Source: Octopus sinensis | Taxonomy: Eukaryota | NCBI RefSeq assembly: GCF_006345805.1 | Contig: NC_042998.1 | Span: 105,338,001 to 105,402,000, forward strand | Length of the DNA: 64,000 nucleotides | Reading direction: 5' to 3' | Shown: one piece after another, positions 1-13,470 of the stretch | How the letters are laid out: every line of letters begins with the position of its first letter | Position numbering within the stretch: the first letter of the stretch is position 1 | Translations under genes and position numbers: made by a program | Notes under the pieces: model-generated | What the model was told of the DNA's origin: nothing | The model's database searches: none | The model's input: the letters and a program-made list of their open reading frames with translations, nothing else

Positions 1-804
1 CAAGCTGTATCAGCCCAAGCAGGCAGCTTTTCTCTTGGATAGAGAAAGGCTACCCTCTTGTAGAAAGGGAAAATTTGTATGCAAGGGAAACTACTAGATG
101 CCTTGTACTTGAGGAAGATGGCAATCTTTCTCGAAAAACTTGTCCAGGCTTGCATATTCATTCAACACTTACTGGCAGAGTCTAAATATGTTGTCCCTTG
201 ACCCATCATCATCATTATTTAGTATTCACTTTTTTCATTGGTGTTAGGAATCCAGCCAACGAAACCAAACCAAATCAGATAGGAACCTGGTGCAGCTTTC
301 TTGCTTGCCATGCTGGCATGGGTGGGACAGTTCAACAGGATCTGATCAATCAGTGGATTGCTACCATGTTTCAATGTCACTTATGTAGCACCAGCACTGT
401 CAGAAATCATCTTGTAACTTGCATGGCAAAGGGCCTAAATTCATAGAGAAAAGTAGGGGATAAAGTGGAAAGGTGACTGGATGGATTATATGGAGAGAGG
501 AGATATCTTACATTATCAGGGTGTCTATGGATGGAAGGTGTGACGAAAAGGGGACAAGAAAGGAGCTATTTACTAGGGCAGAGAGAAGAGAAAAAGGGCA
601 TGTTTGATATACATCTGAAAAAAGTATGGGATAGGATGGAATGGGATGAAATGGGATGGTGACAGTTGGGATGTCTCTTTATCATAGATCTGCTCTTTCG
701 AAACTTGCCTGGGGCTAAACAGCAATAGTTGTGTGATTCACTATTTTTATTGTTGTTAACTAAACCTGAGTGCTGTTTCTAATGTAGTTATTGCACATGC
801 AACT

Positions 805-1280
805 GTAGTAGTAGTAGTAGTAGCAGCAGCAGCAGCAGCAGAAGAAGAAGAAGAAGAAGAAGTTGTAGTAGTGGCAGCAGCAGTCACGCCAGTACTTTTG
901 GTAGTGGTGATGGTGGTAGTTTTTGTTGTTGTTGCTATTGTTGATGTTCTTTTTGTGGTTTCTTTCCCTGTCATTGTAATTTTGTAATTTTACTTGTAGC
1001 TATTCTTGTTGTTGTGGTTGTGTCTTTGCTGTTGTTGTTGCTGTTGTTGTTGTTGTTGTTGTTGTTGTTAGTGTTTCGTTTCTGTTTCTGCTGCTGCCAT
1101 TAGAATTTTGGTATTTTACTTTCAACTGTTTTTGCTGCTGTTGTTATTTTTGCTGCTGCTGCTACTGTTTTTGTTGTTGTTGTTATTGTTGTTGTTGGTG
1201 GTGGTGGTGGTGGCGGCGGCGGTGGCGGCGGTGGCGGCGGTGGAGGTGCTGGTGGTGGCAGCGGCAGTGGTTTTGCTGGC
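805..1280. repeat. Compound trinucleotide microsatellite region (GTA/GCA/GAA/GTT/GTG/GCG)n
   Basis: Successive short triplet tracts read directly. The ORFs 756..974 and 1108..1332 are translations of these tracts. Confidence 0.9.
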
Positions 1281-1649
1281 TATGCGTTTGACAATAGATG
1301 TTCACTGTTCACATGTATGGCAATGCAGCTAGAATATGGACGAGGTGGGAGAGAGAGAGAGAGAGAGAGCGAGGTGGTGGGGAATGAGGTGATGAAGAGG
1401 TGATATAGAGAGGAAGCAGAGAGAGATAGAGAGAGGGGGAGAAAAACAAAGAAAGAAAAAGAGAGTGAAAGAGAGAGAGAGAGATTGTCAGAATGGAATG
1501 ACAGTTTTGTGCAGAGAGGAAGGATGTGTTTGTTGCTGCTGACACGTGCTAAAAGACTCATTAATGTTTATGATAGTGATAGCGTACATCAATAGAATAT
1601 ATGTCACGTTGTAATAGTTTACAAATCTAGGACATTCTGTCATGGCATT

Positions 1650-2130
1650 ATTATAAGAAAGGTGAAAGAGGTGAGCTGGCAGAGTTGTTAGCATGCCAGG
1701 TGAAATGCTTAGCGACATGTCATCTGTCGTTATGGACTGAGTTTATATTCTGCCAAGATCGACTTTGCACTTCATCCTTTTGGGGTCGATAAATTAAGTA
1801 CCAGTTAGTTGCATACTGGAGTCAATGTAATCGACTTACTCTCTCCCCACAAATTTCTGGCCTTTTGCCTATAATAGAAAGGATTATTATAAGAATGGTG
1901 AAGGCACTGAGCTGTCAGAATCATTAGCATGCCAGGCGAAATGCTTAGTAACATTTCATCTACCATTACGTTCCGAGTTCAAATTCCGCAGAGGTTGACT
2001 TTGCCTTTTGTCCTTTTGGGGGTTGATAAATTAAGTACCAGTTGCATACTGGAGTCAATGTAATCAACTAGTCCCCTTCCCACAAAATTTCAAGGCCTTG
2101 TGCCTTCAGTAGAAAGGATTATTATAAGAA
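1650..2130 (+). mobile_element. Head-to-tail pair of SINEs with a CORE-like central domain
   Basis: Two ~240-bp units share gaaatgcttag, (ga)ctttgc..tcatccttt(t/g)gggtcgataaattaagtaccag and an agaaaggattattataagaa end. Decayed copies occur at about 16.6, 18.9, 42.1, 59.0 and 62.4 kb. Confidence 0.65.
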
Positions 2131-2997
2131 CATGGGTGATAGTTCTGCAGTTAGAAAACAAATATATTTGCAAGAAATATTCCATAGAGACAGAGATTGT
2201 TTCACAGGCTTCTGGGTTCTCTTATTTATATGATGCATTTTTGTTAATGATTTTTGGCCAGTAATTATCTAATGTTAGAGACTGACCTGTCTGCATTGTC
2301 ATCTACTTTCATTTCATTTCATTTCAATTCCACTCTGTTTGTTCTCCTCTTTCAAGCCTGAATCTTCAGTTTCTTTTCAAAAATGTTAATGGTTATGAAG
2401 AACAAAACCATGTATAAGGACTGAAGAGCAATGGTGGGAGAGAGAAGGAGAGAGAGAGAGAGAGAGAGAGTCAGAGACAGAGATGGCGAAAAGATAGAGA
2501 AAGAATGACAGACAGACAGACAGGGAGACAGAGAAGAAGCATAGGAAAGAAAGAAAGAAAAGAGAAAGAACGGCACAGAAGGTGATTTATTCTATCAGTC
2601 TTGAAGGAAATGAAATGAGTGGTGGTGGTGGTGGTGGTGGTGGTGGTGGTGACAGTGACAGTGGCAGTGATTGTGGTGGTGATGATGCTACTGTGCTGAG
2701 GTGATGATGCTGCTGTGCTGATGGTGGTGGTGATGGTGCTGCTGTGCTAAGGTAATACTGACAGAAAGACAGGTGGTTATGGCGACACTGGTGGTGATTG
2801 TGATGATGGTGGAAATAATTATTAGCTTTTATGATAAGGACAATATCTAAACTGTTACGTAAAATAATTTACAAAATCACAATATTAATTATAAATTCAA
2901 TAACATTATTAATCCTCAAGGAGTTGACTTAGAGAGCAAATTTATTCTGTCTGTAATTTAGTGTGCATATACATGTGTATTTGTTAGAAATATTTTC

Positions 2998-3210
2998 TCA
3001 TCATCATTTAATGTCTGTTTTCCATGCTGGCATGGGTTGTATGGCTTGACAGGAATTGGCAAGGCCAGGAGCCACACCAGGCTTCATAGTCTGTTGGGCC
3101 TGATTTCTACTGTTGAATGCCCATCCTGAAACCAACCATTTTAAAGAGTGTACTGGGTGCTTTTACATGGTACCATCACCAGTGCTTTTTACATGACACC
3201 AGCACCAATG
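2998..3210 (-). mobile_element. RTE-clade LINE 3' terminal fragment ending in (GAT)n
   Basis: catcatttaatgtctgttttccatgctggcatggg terminus, shared with the ORF-bearing RTE copies at 12.85 and 48.84 kb. Confidence 0.75.
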
Positions 3211-3739
3211 CACAGTTGATATAGTTGAAGAATGTAATTTCCTTTTGTTGTGCTGTTATGCATCTGGATCACTGGTTTTTAATATTTTGTAACTCAGTGA
3301 CCCTTTTCAACAGAATGGCATTTAACAAATGCCTTCTTCTCTCTGTTTGCCAAAATAAAACAAAAAAAAAACAGAAGATTATTTTGATCAAGCTGATCTT
3401 AATTTTGCCCACTGGTTTCATGATGATGATGATGGTCATCATCATCATGATCATGTATATATGGTATATTAAGTACATATAGTATATATATGTTCTTATA
3501 CTGTCTGATTTGGCATGTGACTCCTTTAAGATATTTGCATGGACAAGTGCTCCTTATCTCCAGTTTTAATGGAAATTACTGAAGAAGTTGTGAACTATTT
3601 AACAAAATTATATTAAGTCTTGGTTCATTAGTTATGTTTCTGAATACTGACAACACAATATCCTACTCCTTTGTAATCCTGACAAAGTTACTTTGTTTTT
3701 CAAAAATACAAACATCGAACCTGGTTTGAATATTTTATT

Positions 3740-3975
3740 GGGTGTGTGATGTAAATAGAGAAAGACAGTTGGGTATGAAGAGCTAAGTGATTAAAATAAA
3801 TGGAGCCAGGAGAAGAGGGAAGACCAAGCAAAACATGAGATGAAGTGATGAGTACTGATCTCAAGATAGTAAACCAAGGAGATGGTGAGTAAGAAAGACT
3901 AGTGGAAAGATATGGTGCTGGTAAAAGTGTCTCCACCCCATGCAAGAATAGGAAGACTGGTGTTGAAAATGATGA
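3740..3975 (+). pseudogene. RTE ORF C-terminal remnant
   Basis: Plus strand encodes RRRGRPSKT.DEVM.TDL, the typical RTE C-terminal motif, with stop codons. Confidence 0.55.
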
Positions 3976-4209
3976 TTGTTAGTACATTCATTAATTAGAT
4001 GTGTGAACTCGTGATTATGGTACTCTGAGTAATGGTCTTGTAAATAATTGACTGCCTACCTACAAATATACACACATACACATTATATATACATATATAT
4101 GTAAATATAAACCTATATACATATACATACATACATACATACATACATACATACATAATACATACATACATACATACATACATACATACATACATACATA
4201 CATACATAA

Positions 4210-4254
<45 letters not shown>

Positions 4255-4259
4255 CATAC

Positions 4260-4318
<59 letters not shown>

Positions 4319-4327
4319 ATATATATA

Positions 4328-4369
<42 letters not shown>

Positions 4370-4589
4370 GAAATATTGTTGTTCCTAATCTTCATCAGCA
4401 CAAAATAACCCTTTGGCTGAGATGGCACTACTAAACACCCATTTGAAAATGTATATAATTTTCTAAGTGACTTTCAGTCACTGATCTAATAATATAGAAA
4501 CATTGTTGTTCTTAAATCTCTCAACAGGGGATGTTTTAGTAGCAGCACTTTAAAATAATGATTTTTTGACACTTCTTTACTCAGTTGTC

Positions 4590-5395
4590 CTCGTCCATAT
4601 GTATCACATAACCATACCAGTGTAGTTGTCTCTCTTGCACACCACATCTGATGCCCCTTATACCTAACTTTTCTCTCAAGATGCTTACACTCTATTGAAC
4701 ATGCACACTGACTTTGAACATCCAGCAAAGCATACTGGCTTCATTTCTTTCAAACCTATGCTTGTCCTCAGCTGTCACAGCCCATGTTTCACTGCTCTGT
4801 AGCATAGCTGTTCACAAACAGGCATCATACATTCTGCCTTTCACTCTGAGGGAGAGGCCCTTTGTTGCCAGCTCAGATAGGAGCTCTCTGAACTTTTCCC
4901 AGCCTATTCTTATTCTCACAGCTATGCTCTTGGAGTGTCCATTCCATTACTTACTTGGTCACCTAGGCAACAGATGCTATCTACTACCTCTAGCTTACCC
5001 ACCTGGCAGTTGATAGAGTCTATTTTCTGTACCTTTTTGGTGTTTATTGTATCTGTGCATCTAACACACACAAAAGCTATTTTCCCTGTTAACCTTCTTC
5101 TGATATTGCTGCACCTCTTATGTGTCCAAAGCTTACAACAGGTACATCTTATGGAGTTTCTACCTACGCATTTTCTGCAGACTGAACTGGGCCATCTACC
5201 TGAAGGTATTTGTGATTTGTCTGCCTTCCTACTTACTAAGACTTTGGGGGATCCTATCAAAGGCTTTTTCCAAACCAACAAAAGCCAAGTACATAATTTT
5301 ACCTTTGGCTATGTAACCAACTGCATCTCATCTAGACTAACTCTCTCCCTAATTAGTTGGGCTATGACTCTCTCTGTAATTTTCATCATCTAATC
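4590..5395 (-). mobile_element. RTE-clade LINE RT 3' region (pseudogene) with a PHD-like Cys/His insert
   Basis: KVLVSRK..VCRKCVGRNSIRCTCCKLWTHKRC..FVCVRC..EVVDSICCLGDQ, followed by KFRELL..TKGLSLRVKGRMYDAC and ..LHWYG motifs. Confidence 0.85.
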
Positions 5396-5434
5396 CTACA
5401 ATTTGATACCTCTGATCCAACAATTTGATACGTA

Positions 5435-5830
5435 ATTGAAAAAATTTGGAGTCAAAAAGAAGGCATACAGTTGGACATTTATTTTTCAATCACCACAATT
5501 GTTTCTATGCAATGTAGTTCTCCAGGCATGCAGGTACTTGATTATGCAACTGTTTCTCTGCATTATGAAATCTAGTTGTGCTTCCTCAGACAATATGTAA
5601 ATATTGTCTCCATAAATTCACATTCTCTGCTTCAAGAACATCCTCTCTGTCAGTCATGGCCAAATTCAGGCTGCAACAGAAATATATAGATCTCATAATG
5701 CAGGGAAACAGTTTCATAATCAAGTATCTGCATGCCCAGAGAACTACTTAGCATAGAAACAATTGTAGGGATTAAAAAATAAAGGTTCAACCATACTCCT
5801 TCTTACTGACTCTAAATTTTTTCACTTATC
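5435..5830. mobile_element. Palindromic MITE-like element, possibly mariner/Tc1-derived
   Basis: 5435-5575 is an imperfect inverted repeat of 5688-5830, for example caattgtttctatgc vs gcatagaaacaattg. Confidence 0.6.
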
Positions 5831-5969
5831 TATTCACAAATGACAGATACCCAAATGCAAAAAGTACATATGATACTACTATTGGATAGCACAGGGTTAA
5901 ATCTGAAGGTGGTCGAGCTTTATACTGTACTGTAATACGTTCTTAACAGAATATACCATAACTATGTAT

Positions 5970-6001
<32 letters not shown>

Positions 6002-6039
6002 CATACATACATACATACATACATACATACATACATACA

Positions 6040-6070
<31 letters not shown>

Positions 6071-6082
6071 GTATGTGTGTGT

Positions 6083-6395
6083 GTGGCTGTGTGGTAAGAA
6101 GTTTGCTTCTAAACCATATGGTTCCAGGCTCAATCTCAATATGTGGCAACTTGGGCAAGTGTCTTCTACTATAGCCTCGAGCCAACTAAAACCTTGTTGG
6201 TAGATTTTGTAGATGGAAACTGATAGAAACCCATCATATATATATTTATGTCAACTTAACAGTCTGGCAAAAGAGACCAATAGAATAAGTACTAGGCATA
6301 CAAAGTATAAGTCCTGAAGTTGGTTTCTTCAACTAAAACCCTTTAAAACAGTGCTCCAGCATGGCCACAGTCAAATGACTGAAACAAGTAAAAGA

Positions 6396-6400
<5 letters not shown>
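6083..6400 (+). mobile_element. tRNA-headed SINE (abundant family)
   Basis: A-box-like tggctgtgtgg, decayed B box, ttgggcaagtgtcttctac core, and tail gcatggccacagtcaaatgactgaaacaagtaaaaga. Homologues at 37.9, 46.1, 53.1 and 56.7 kb. Confidence 0.8.
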
Positions 6401-6443
<43 letters not shown>

Positions 6444-6448
<5 letters not shown>

Positions 6449-6537
6449 TTAAAGAAAACAGAAGATGGAGAAATATTGATGAACAACAATTGATTTGTTC
6501 ATCAATACTTCCCCATTTTCTGTCTTCTTTAAATTTT
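6444..6537. repeat. Imperfect hairpin with ~45-bp arms next to (TG)n
   Basis: aaaatttaaagaaaacagaagatggagaaatattgatgaacaa / ttgttcatcaatacttccccattttctgtcttctttaaatttt. Confidence 0.8.
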
Positions 6538-6707
6538 GATTCTTGATAAACTCATGTTTATCCTTGTCTTTACCTAAACTTTATGAGCATAATATGCTTG
6601 CATATGTATGCCCATGGTTAAACATAGGTAATATACTAGTCATATAATGGATACTTCTATCCCTTAGACAGTTATTTTAACCTCTAACTCAGCTAACCTA
6701 TATATAT

Positions 6708-6824
<117 letters not shown>

Positions 6825-6857
6825 ATATATATATTATATATATATATATATATATAG

Positions 6858-6912
<55 letters not shown>

Positions 6913-7142
6913 TAGATATAGATATAGATATATTGATATATATACACACACACATGTACATACACATCTAAGCGCACATGCATATATGTATGCACAAATG
7001 CATACTTATATGCATGTACATACACATAGAAATGTGAGTTAATCACTAAGATAGATTTCAATGTTTGCATTATAGATCATTTGAGGTTTAACATGTTATG
7101 GGATGGTATTTATTTCCATGGTCTCAAAACTAAATGGCTGTA

Positions 7143-7345
7143 CTGTCTTAGTTGGTTCACAGCTGAAAAAGAATGGCTGAAGAATTTTTGATGGAATAGA
7201 TTTAAACTATGACAATTTTTAAGGATGGGAGATGAAGATAATTGAAGAAACTGCAATAACTCAAGTTTATATATTAATATACCCACAACTACACTTACAT
7301 ATCTAACTTCCTATCTATTTATCTATCTCTCTATCTATCTATCTT

Positions 7346-7396
<51 letters not shown>

Positions 7397-7429
7397 GACT
7401 GTCTATCTGTCTGTCTATCTATCTACCTA

Positions 7430-7512
<83 letters not shown>

Positions 7513-7786
7513 CTGGGTGGCTGGGTGTGCATATAAACATACACACACACATGTGTATGTTTGTATGTATGTAATGTATGTGCACATATATATTCATAAT
7601 ATTCATACATGTACACAGAAAATTAGGTATGCAAATATACATGTGTATGTCACAGAACATGAACTTGAATTATTATAGTTTCTTCAACTGTCTTCATCTC
7701 CCATCCTCAAAAATTGTCATCATTTAAATCTATTCCATCAACAATTCTTCAGCCATTCTTTGTCAGCTATGAATCAAATAAGACAG
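7143..7786. repeat. ~125-bp inverted repeats (7143-7268 / 7661-7786) enclosing a microsatellite block
   Basis: gaatggctgaagaatttttgatggaatagatttaaa vs tttaaatctattccatcaacaattcttcagccattc. The core is (TCTA)n(TC)n(TA)n(TG)n. Confidence 0.8.
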
Positions 7787-8204
7787 GGTCCTATCTTTGA
7801 GTTATATAGACTTCATAGGGATAAAGGAGGATCACATTAATTTCAACAAACCTGTGAGAAATGCAACTCTTCCAAGAGAAACCATTCATTCCTGTAATGG
7901 TTGTTACTGGAACCAACTATGGCAACTCAGGGAGTGGCAAAAGTGTTGTACAACATTTTGTCACTAAAATCCAATGACACACAGATGTCTCACTATCATT
8001 TCATTTCTTGATCCATTTTGTATCTTATTAAGTCCTTTGATAATCAATGCATGGTGTGAAACGTTATATCCATGTACGTATGAAAGTATATCAGAACAAT
8101 CAAGCAGGTTGAGAGATGGCTATCATCTGGGAAGATGAGGCAATCACCATATATGTATATATGGATAGATGGATGGATGGAGGGATGGATGGATGGATAT
8201 GTAT

Positions 8205-8206
8205 GT

Positions 8207-8238
<32 letters not shown>

Positions 8239-8550
8239 AATCGTTTAACGTCAGTCTTCCATGATAGCATGGGTGGGATGGTACCACAAGAGCTGGCTAG
8301 GCCAAAGCCTGCACCAGACTTCTGTGACTGTTTTGGCAGGATTTTTAAAGCTGGATGCCTTTCCTAACACCAACCATTCAGCAGAGTGGACTTAGTGCTT
8401 TTTATGTGGCATAAGCACAGGCAAGGTGAGTTTTGGCAAGATTTTTACAGCTGGATGCCCTTCCAAACACTAACCCCTTTACTGTGTGGTGCTTTTAAGT
8501 GGCACCTGCACTGACAGGTTCACCAAGTACTTGCAAAACATAAAAAAAAC
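8205..8550 (-). mobile_element. RTE 3' terminal fragment of the long-UTR subfamily
   Basis: Reverse complement of 31330-31660 and same orientation as 48840-49200. Ends in a (GAT)n tail. Confidence 0.8.
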
Positions 8551-9612
8551 ATATATATATGTGTATATATGTATATATGCATGTATGTATGTATGCATAT
8601 ACATGTGCACATGTTGAAATATACATGTTGAAATAAAATGCTTGTATTATAAAATCATTTTTGTTTTAGCACATTATGGGGTGGTATGCCTTCCTGCCTA
8701 ACTCCACCCAAACTTCAACCATGATATCTGTTCAAGAACTTCTTGATATGTCCCTCTATGTCATACTATAGAAGCAGCCTTATTTTCAGGCCCCAGAGAT
8801 ATATCTTTGAAGCCTTCCCTCCATGACTGCCTGGTGGATACAACATTTATGCCAAGATGTGTCACATCACCATTTTGTGGCTTAGGGCCTCTTACTTCCC
8901 TTGCATTGATGGAACATACAAATGTGATGTTGACTTCATCAGTTATGTTGCATGCTACACATATAGGAGGGTAGCAATTAAGAAGAAGAACTGATACAAT
9001 ATATAGATGACTCTTCAAACCTGTTGCAGACATGTCTTGTGACGATAGTTTTACAGATGTACCCCTTATGTGTAAAGCTATTGATAATATAATAGAGATC
9101 CAAATCTCAAAATATGGAATATATGAATGCACATGTAAGCACTGCAAACAATATCACTGGATGCATAACCATTTTATTAAGAACTCTGAAAAGAATTCAT
9201 TGAAAAGGTCTTTTCATCTAGTAGCAGATAATCTCAATTATACTTATGTAGAAATCCACCCAGCCCACACTGGGAAACATATACTTCAACAAACCTAGCC
9301 AGCTTTCTGTATTGCAATGTGTGTGTATGTGTGAGACGATGGTTGCAGTGGGGTGATAGTGGTGGTTGTGAGGATGGTAATAAGGATGATGATATATATG
9401 TTTATGTATGCATGTATGAGTATGCATAGACTCATAACATGATATGTTGAAGACAATAGTGCTATGACTAGATTAGATAAAATTATCGTTTCTTTCCCTT
9501 ATTACTATTAATATTCTTCATCTGTAATTCTGTGTCTAAATTTTTAATACTGAGTATGATGTATAAACATGTCAACCCCTTAGTACATTCACACGGTGTC
9601 TCACTCATCAAG

Positions 9613-9645
9613 TGATAGATATACAGACAGTTTGATAGATAGATG

Positions 9646-9704
<59 letters not shown>

Positions 9705-9705
9705 G

Positions 9706-9801
<96 letters not shown>
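9613..9801. repeat. (GATA)n/(GACA)n array at the 3' end of the truncated Tx1 copy
   Basis: Read directly from the sequence. Confidence 0.95.
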
Positions 9802-9873
9802 TGTTTCTTTATTAGCCACACAGGGCTGCACACAGATAGAACAAATTACAAGGTAGAGCTTTTCTTTTGAAGG

Positions 9874-9907
<34 letters not shown>

Positions 9908-11076
9908 AAGGGGGAGGTTCGATCAAAAGGGATCGTAAAAGGAGAGAAAGAGGACAAAAATAAGGGGGGTTAAAAAAAAAAAAAAAAAAAAGGGGGGGAG
10001 AGGAAAAAAAAATGATCAATAGGGATCGTTATCACAGAAATGTCAATATGAAGTGTAAAGGGGAGGACAGGTGAGGTTTACCCGTGGAAAGAAAAGCCTG
10101 CGGAAAAGACCACGGTAACCTCGGTCAATGAAGTCACATTTTATATTTCTTTTTTTTTTTTTTTTTTTTTGCAAATAAGCAACTCTCTGTTTTCGATTTC
10201 TGGGTTCATAGGACTATGCTCAAGGTGGCTTCGTCATTCATACGTGCCATTCTTGCTACATTCACCCATCTTTTTTTAAGACATTCGCTAGACAAAACTT
10301 GCCTCTCTACTCTCACTTTCCTTTTCAAGTGGTACTTGAAGAAGTTGATGAGAGATTGACCAGAGAGGAAAGTGTTTGTCTCCAATCCTTTCAGACGCGT
10401 CCACCAGATACATTCTTTCGCCATAGCCACAAGGATGATGAAAATAGCTCTTCCTTCCCGTTTGAAGGAAGGAGGCGTGACAATATTGACGATAGACTCA
10501 GCTGATAAACCGACTCGTCCCACACGTGACAGCAGTTGTTCGACATAAGCCCACAGGTCGGAAATTGTTGGACACTGAACGAGTGCGTGCAGAACGGTTT
10601 CGTCACTCTGACCGCATCTCGGGCAGGTCGGCCCCGTGTTTCTCGAGCCGTGTCTGTAGAGCTTATCCCGAACGGGTAGCGCTTCTCGGTAGCACTGCCA
10701 GGCCAGGGATCTCTGGAAGTTGTCCATGGGCCCTGGCCCGAAAGTCATCCCGAACAGGCGGGTCAGGTACTCCTCGTCGACGTCCAGGTTCGCCCCGAGC
10801 TCGTCGTCGTACCTCCCCTCCACTAAACCCCTATAGAATGCTTTGGTTGTGTTGAAGTCACTTAAGGTCGACCCAGGACGGCAGAGTTGCTTGAGAGCAA
10901 CGCGACACTCGCGGTGCCATTCGCCCTTCCTCGGCCTCTTTTTGATCCACGACTGCAGTTCGGTCATGGAGACGAGCTGCGGGAAAGCGTGCCTCACAAA
11001 CGGCGACCACACCTGTTCACCGTCGTCTACATAGAGCCAGAGATGTCGCAGTCTCAGCGCGTGTCTGCGCATCATC
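9802..11076 (-). mobile_element. 5'-truncated L1/Tx1-clade non-LTR retrotransposon
   Basis: Homologous to 20351-21540, with the same 3'UTR ending AATAAAGAAACATATCT. Followed at its 5' break by (TAGA)10 at 11077-11116. Confidence 0.92.
10206..11075 (-). pseudogene. Tx1 ORF2 C-terminal fragment, open for 289 codons, with an intact C-terminal zinc motif
   Basis: LAWQCYREALPVRDKL..CPRCGQSDETVLHALVQC (CX2CX8HX4C), typical of the L1/Tx1 ORF2 C-terminus. Confidence 0.88.
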
Positions 11077-11116
<40 letters not shown>

Positions 11117-11306
11117 CTGTTGTTTTTTTTTCAAGAAGAGCTTCATGCATTTGTGAACAGTCAATGGCATTGGAAAGCATAAAAATTAAAGTTGTGGTTG
11201 AGAAAAAATTAACTGTCATGGAGGACTGGAAGCCATCTGAAATTTGAAAAAGAGTTACCTGTAACAAATATCGAAGAATGAAGTTGTCAAATTACTTTTA
11301 TATTAC

Positions 11307-11431
11307 ATTTACAATGTTTCGTCATAATTCAATCTTGTGTAATGCCGTTAGCATTTCGTAGACTATTAATTAATTTCCATATGGTATGTGAATTCCTTTT
11401 ATAACACATATTGAATATGATTCCTCAGAAT
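11307..11431 (-). ncRNA. Type I hammerhead-ribozyme-like motif with a ~100-nt stem II
   Basis: Minus strand reads att-CTGAGGA-atcatattcaat...attgaattatgac-GAAAC-att-GTA-aat. Stem III is palindromic (acattgt). Position 10.1 is a mismatch and stem I is short. Confidence 0.55.
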
Positions 11432-11992
11432 TCCACAAAAAGTAATATGCAGACTGATTCTGAAATCTCCAAAATAAATACATACTAAGTTAGGTAGTCT
11501 ACATCCATGTAGGAAAAACAAATGTATACAAGAAACCAAGTGGATTAAGGAAGGGTCAGTATATTTCGACAAGATGATTATCTGCCCTGCTTATTCACAG
11601 TTTTGCTCATCACTATAAAGTGATGTAGAGCTATGCTTACAAAGGGACATAGAAGTGTATTCAGCTGTTAAGATGTCCTGGGACTTTTTACTGCTCCTTT
11701 TAATTAAATTCCAGTCAGTATTATTGTCTAGACTTCAAGTCGCATATTCTTTTATTGAACCAGGCAAAAAATTCCTTCACATAAAAGCGCCAACCTATCC
11801 CATTCACTCATGCATCTATTTTATGCACACTTTCAGAAAAAAAACATTGATTATCACTTAAACACACACACACACACATACACACTCACAAACCATTAAT
11901 AGCTTACTTAATTTCTCACATGTGTGTGTGTATGTGTGTACACGCATACACATTATCTATATATGTATATATATATATATATACACATATAT

Positions 11993-11994
<2 letters not shown>

Positions 11995-12087
<93 letters not shown>

Positions 12088-12104
12088 TAGATAGATAGAT
12101 AGAT

Positions 12105-12156
<52 letters not shown>

Positions 12157-12160
12157 ATAA
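11995..12160. repeat. (GATA)n/(GACA)n array with no Tx1 insertion
   Basis: Read directly from the sequence. Confidence 0.95.
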
Positions 12161-12849
12161 ATAGACGTACACATATATATGCAACAGTTATGTGGTTGAA
12201 AAGAAATAATTTCTGTTTTAGAAATGTCTTTTTGCAATATGCTGTATGTTTGTCAAGCTTCCTGTTCATTATGAAATTGACCTCACTTTCTATTCTGCTT
12301 CAGTTGTAGGTTACTAATGGACTTATAAATTCAAGTAAAGAACTGTTTAAATTAACCAGAGGTGTTTGCATCAGATGCTTCCGCATCTGTGTAGCAATGG
12401 AAAATGAATTTAATGAAGCAATACAAAAAATATGTACATATCAAAGAGGCGATATTATTAATAACTATTAAGAATTGTCGTTATTATTATCATCTCCATC
12501 ACCACTGTCACACTTATCCCATCCCATCATCTTCCCCTCATCTTCCTCCTCATCTTCATCAGCGTCATTATACTATCATTATTACCATGAGAATTCCTCT
12601 CATCCTCATTCTGTTGTAACTCCTATGTAGATAGCATTTCTGATACTGAAGACAAAATAACTGCTTTTGGAAAGCTTATTAAAGGAAGAAGTTTCACCTA
12701 AACTGATGATACAGTGGACATCTTGCATCCATTATCTAGGGTTCCTGTTGGTCAGTGGTTCTCAAAATGACCAATACTAAACCCCTTCAAAAAGTATTTC
12801 TGAAATTTCTCTATCCCTCTTTATTGTGGAGAAAATATTAATTGAATGT

Positions 12850-13470
12850 GTCATCATCATTTAACGTCCATTTTCTATGGTTGAACAGTTTCACTGAGGA
12901 CTGGCAAGCCAGGAGGCCGCACCAGGCTCCAATCTGATCTGCTATGGTTTCTACAGCTGGATGTCCTTCCTAATGCCAACCGCTCTAAGAGTGTAGAGGG
13001 TGCTTTTTATGTACCACCAGCATGGGAGTCAGTCAGGTGGCACTGGCATCAACCATGTTCAGGATGCTTTTTGCACGCTACCAGCACAGGAGCCAGTGGG
13101 TGGGAGGGAGGGCACTGGCATCAACCATGTTTGGATAGTGCTTTCTACATGCCATGACACTGGGAGCCAGTCTGGTGGCACTGATATCAACCCACGCTTG
13201 AATGGTGTTTATTACATGCCACCAGCGTGGGTGCCAGTTAGGTAGCTCTGGCATTGGCCATGGCTGCGATTTCACTTGACTCAACAGGTCTTCTCAAGTA
13301 CAGCATGTCACCCAGTGATTCAAGGGTACCTTTAAATGGGCTGGTTATGCGACACTGGCATCATCTACAGCTGCAATCTTACCTTAATTGCTGGGTCTTC
13401 TCAATCACAGCATATCTCCAAAGGTCTCGGTCTCTTGTCATTGCCTCTGTGAGGCCCAACATTCGAAAGT
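12850..13470 (-). mobile_element. 5'-truncated RTE: ORF C-terminus plus 3'UTR with ~60-bp tandem subunits
   Basis: The minus strand at 13390-13470 encodes HDFRMLGLTEAMTRDRDLWRYAVIEKTQ. The common RTE terminus lies at 12850-12990. Confidence 0.8.

Noticed and set aside
3995-4428. Long ORFs of YI/YV/LSIY repeats here and at 6.7, 9.5, 11.9, 20.1 and 48.1 kb
   Set aside because: They are translations of (TA)n, (TACA)n and (GATA)n microsatellites, which lack stops in some frames.
8800-9298. YIDD-containing stretch and an 88-aa ORF
   Set aside because: Possibly an ancient LINE RT remnant, but too degraded to assign.
12880-13260. Repeat-and-spacer-like arrays in RTE UTRs (also 32400-33000 and 46440-46630) resembling CRISPR
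   Set aside because: The context is eukaryotic, the units are degenerate tandem duplications with related 'spacers', and there are no cas genes.
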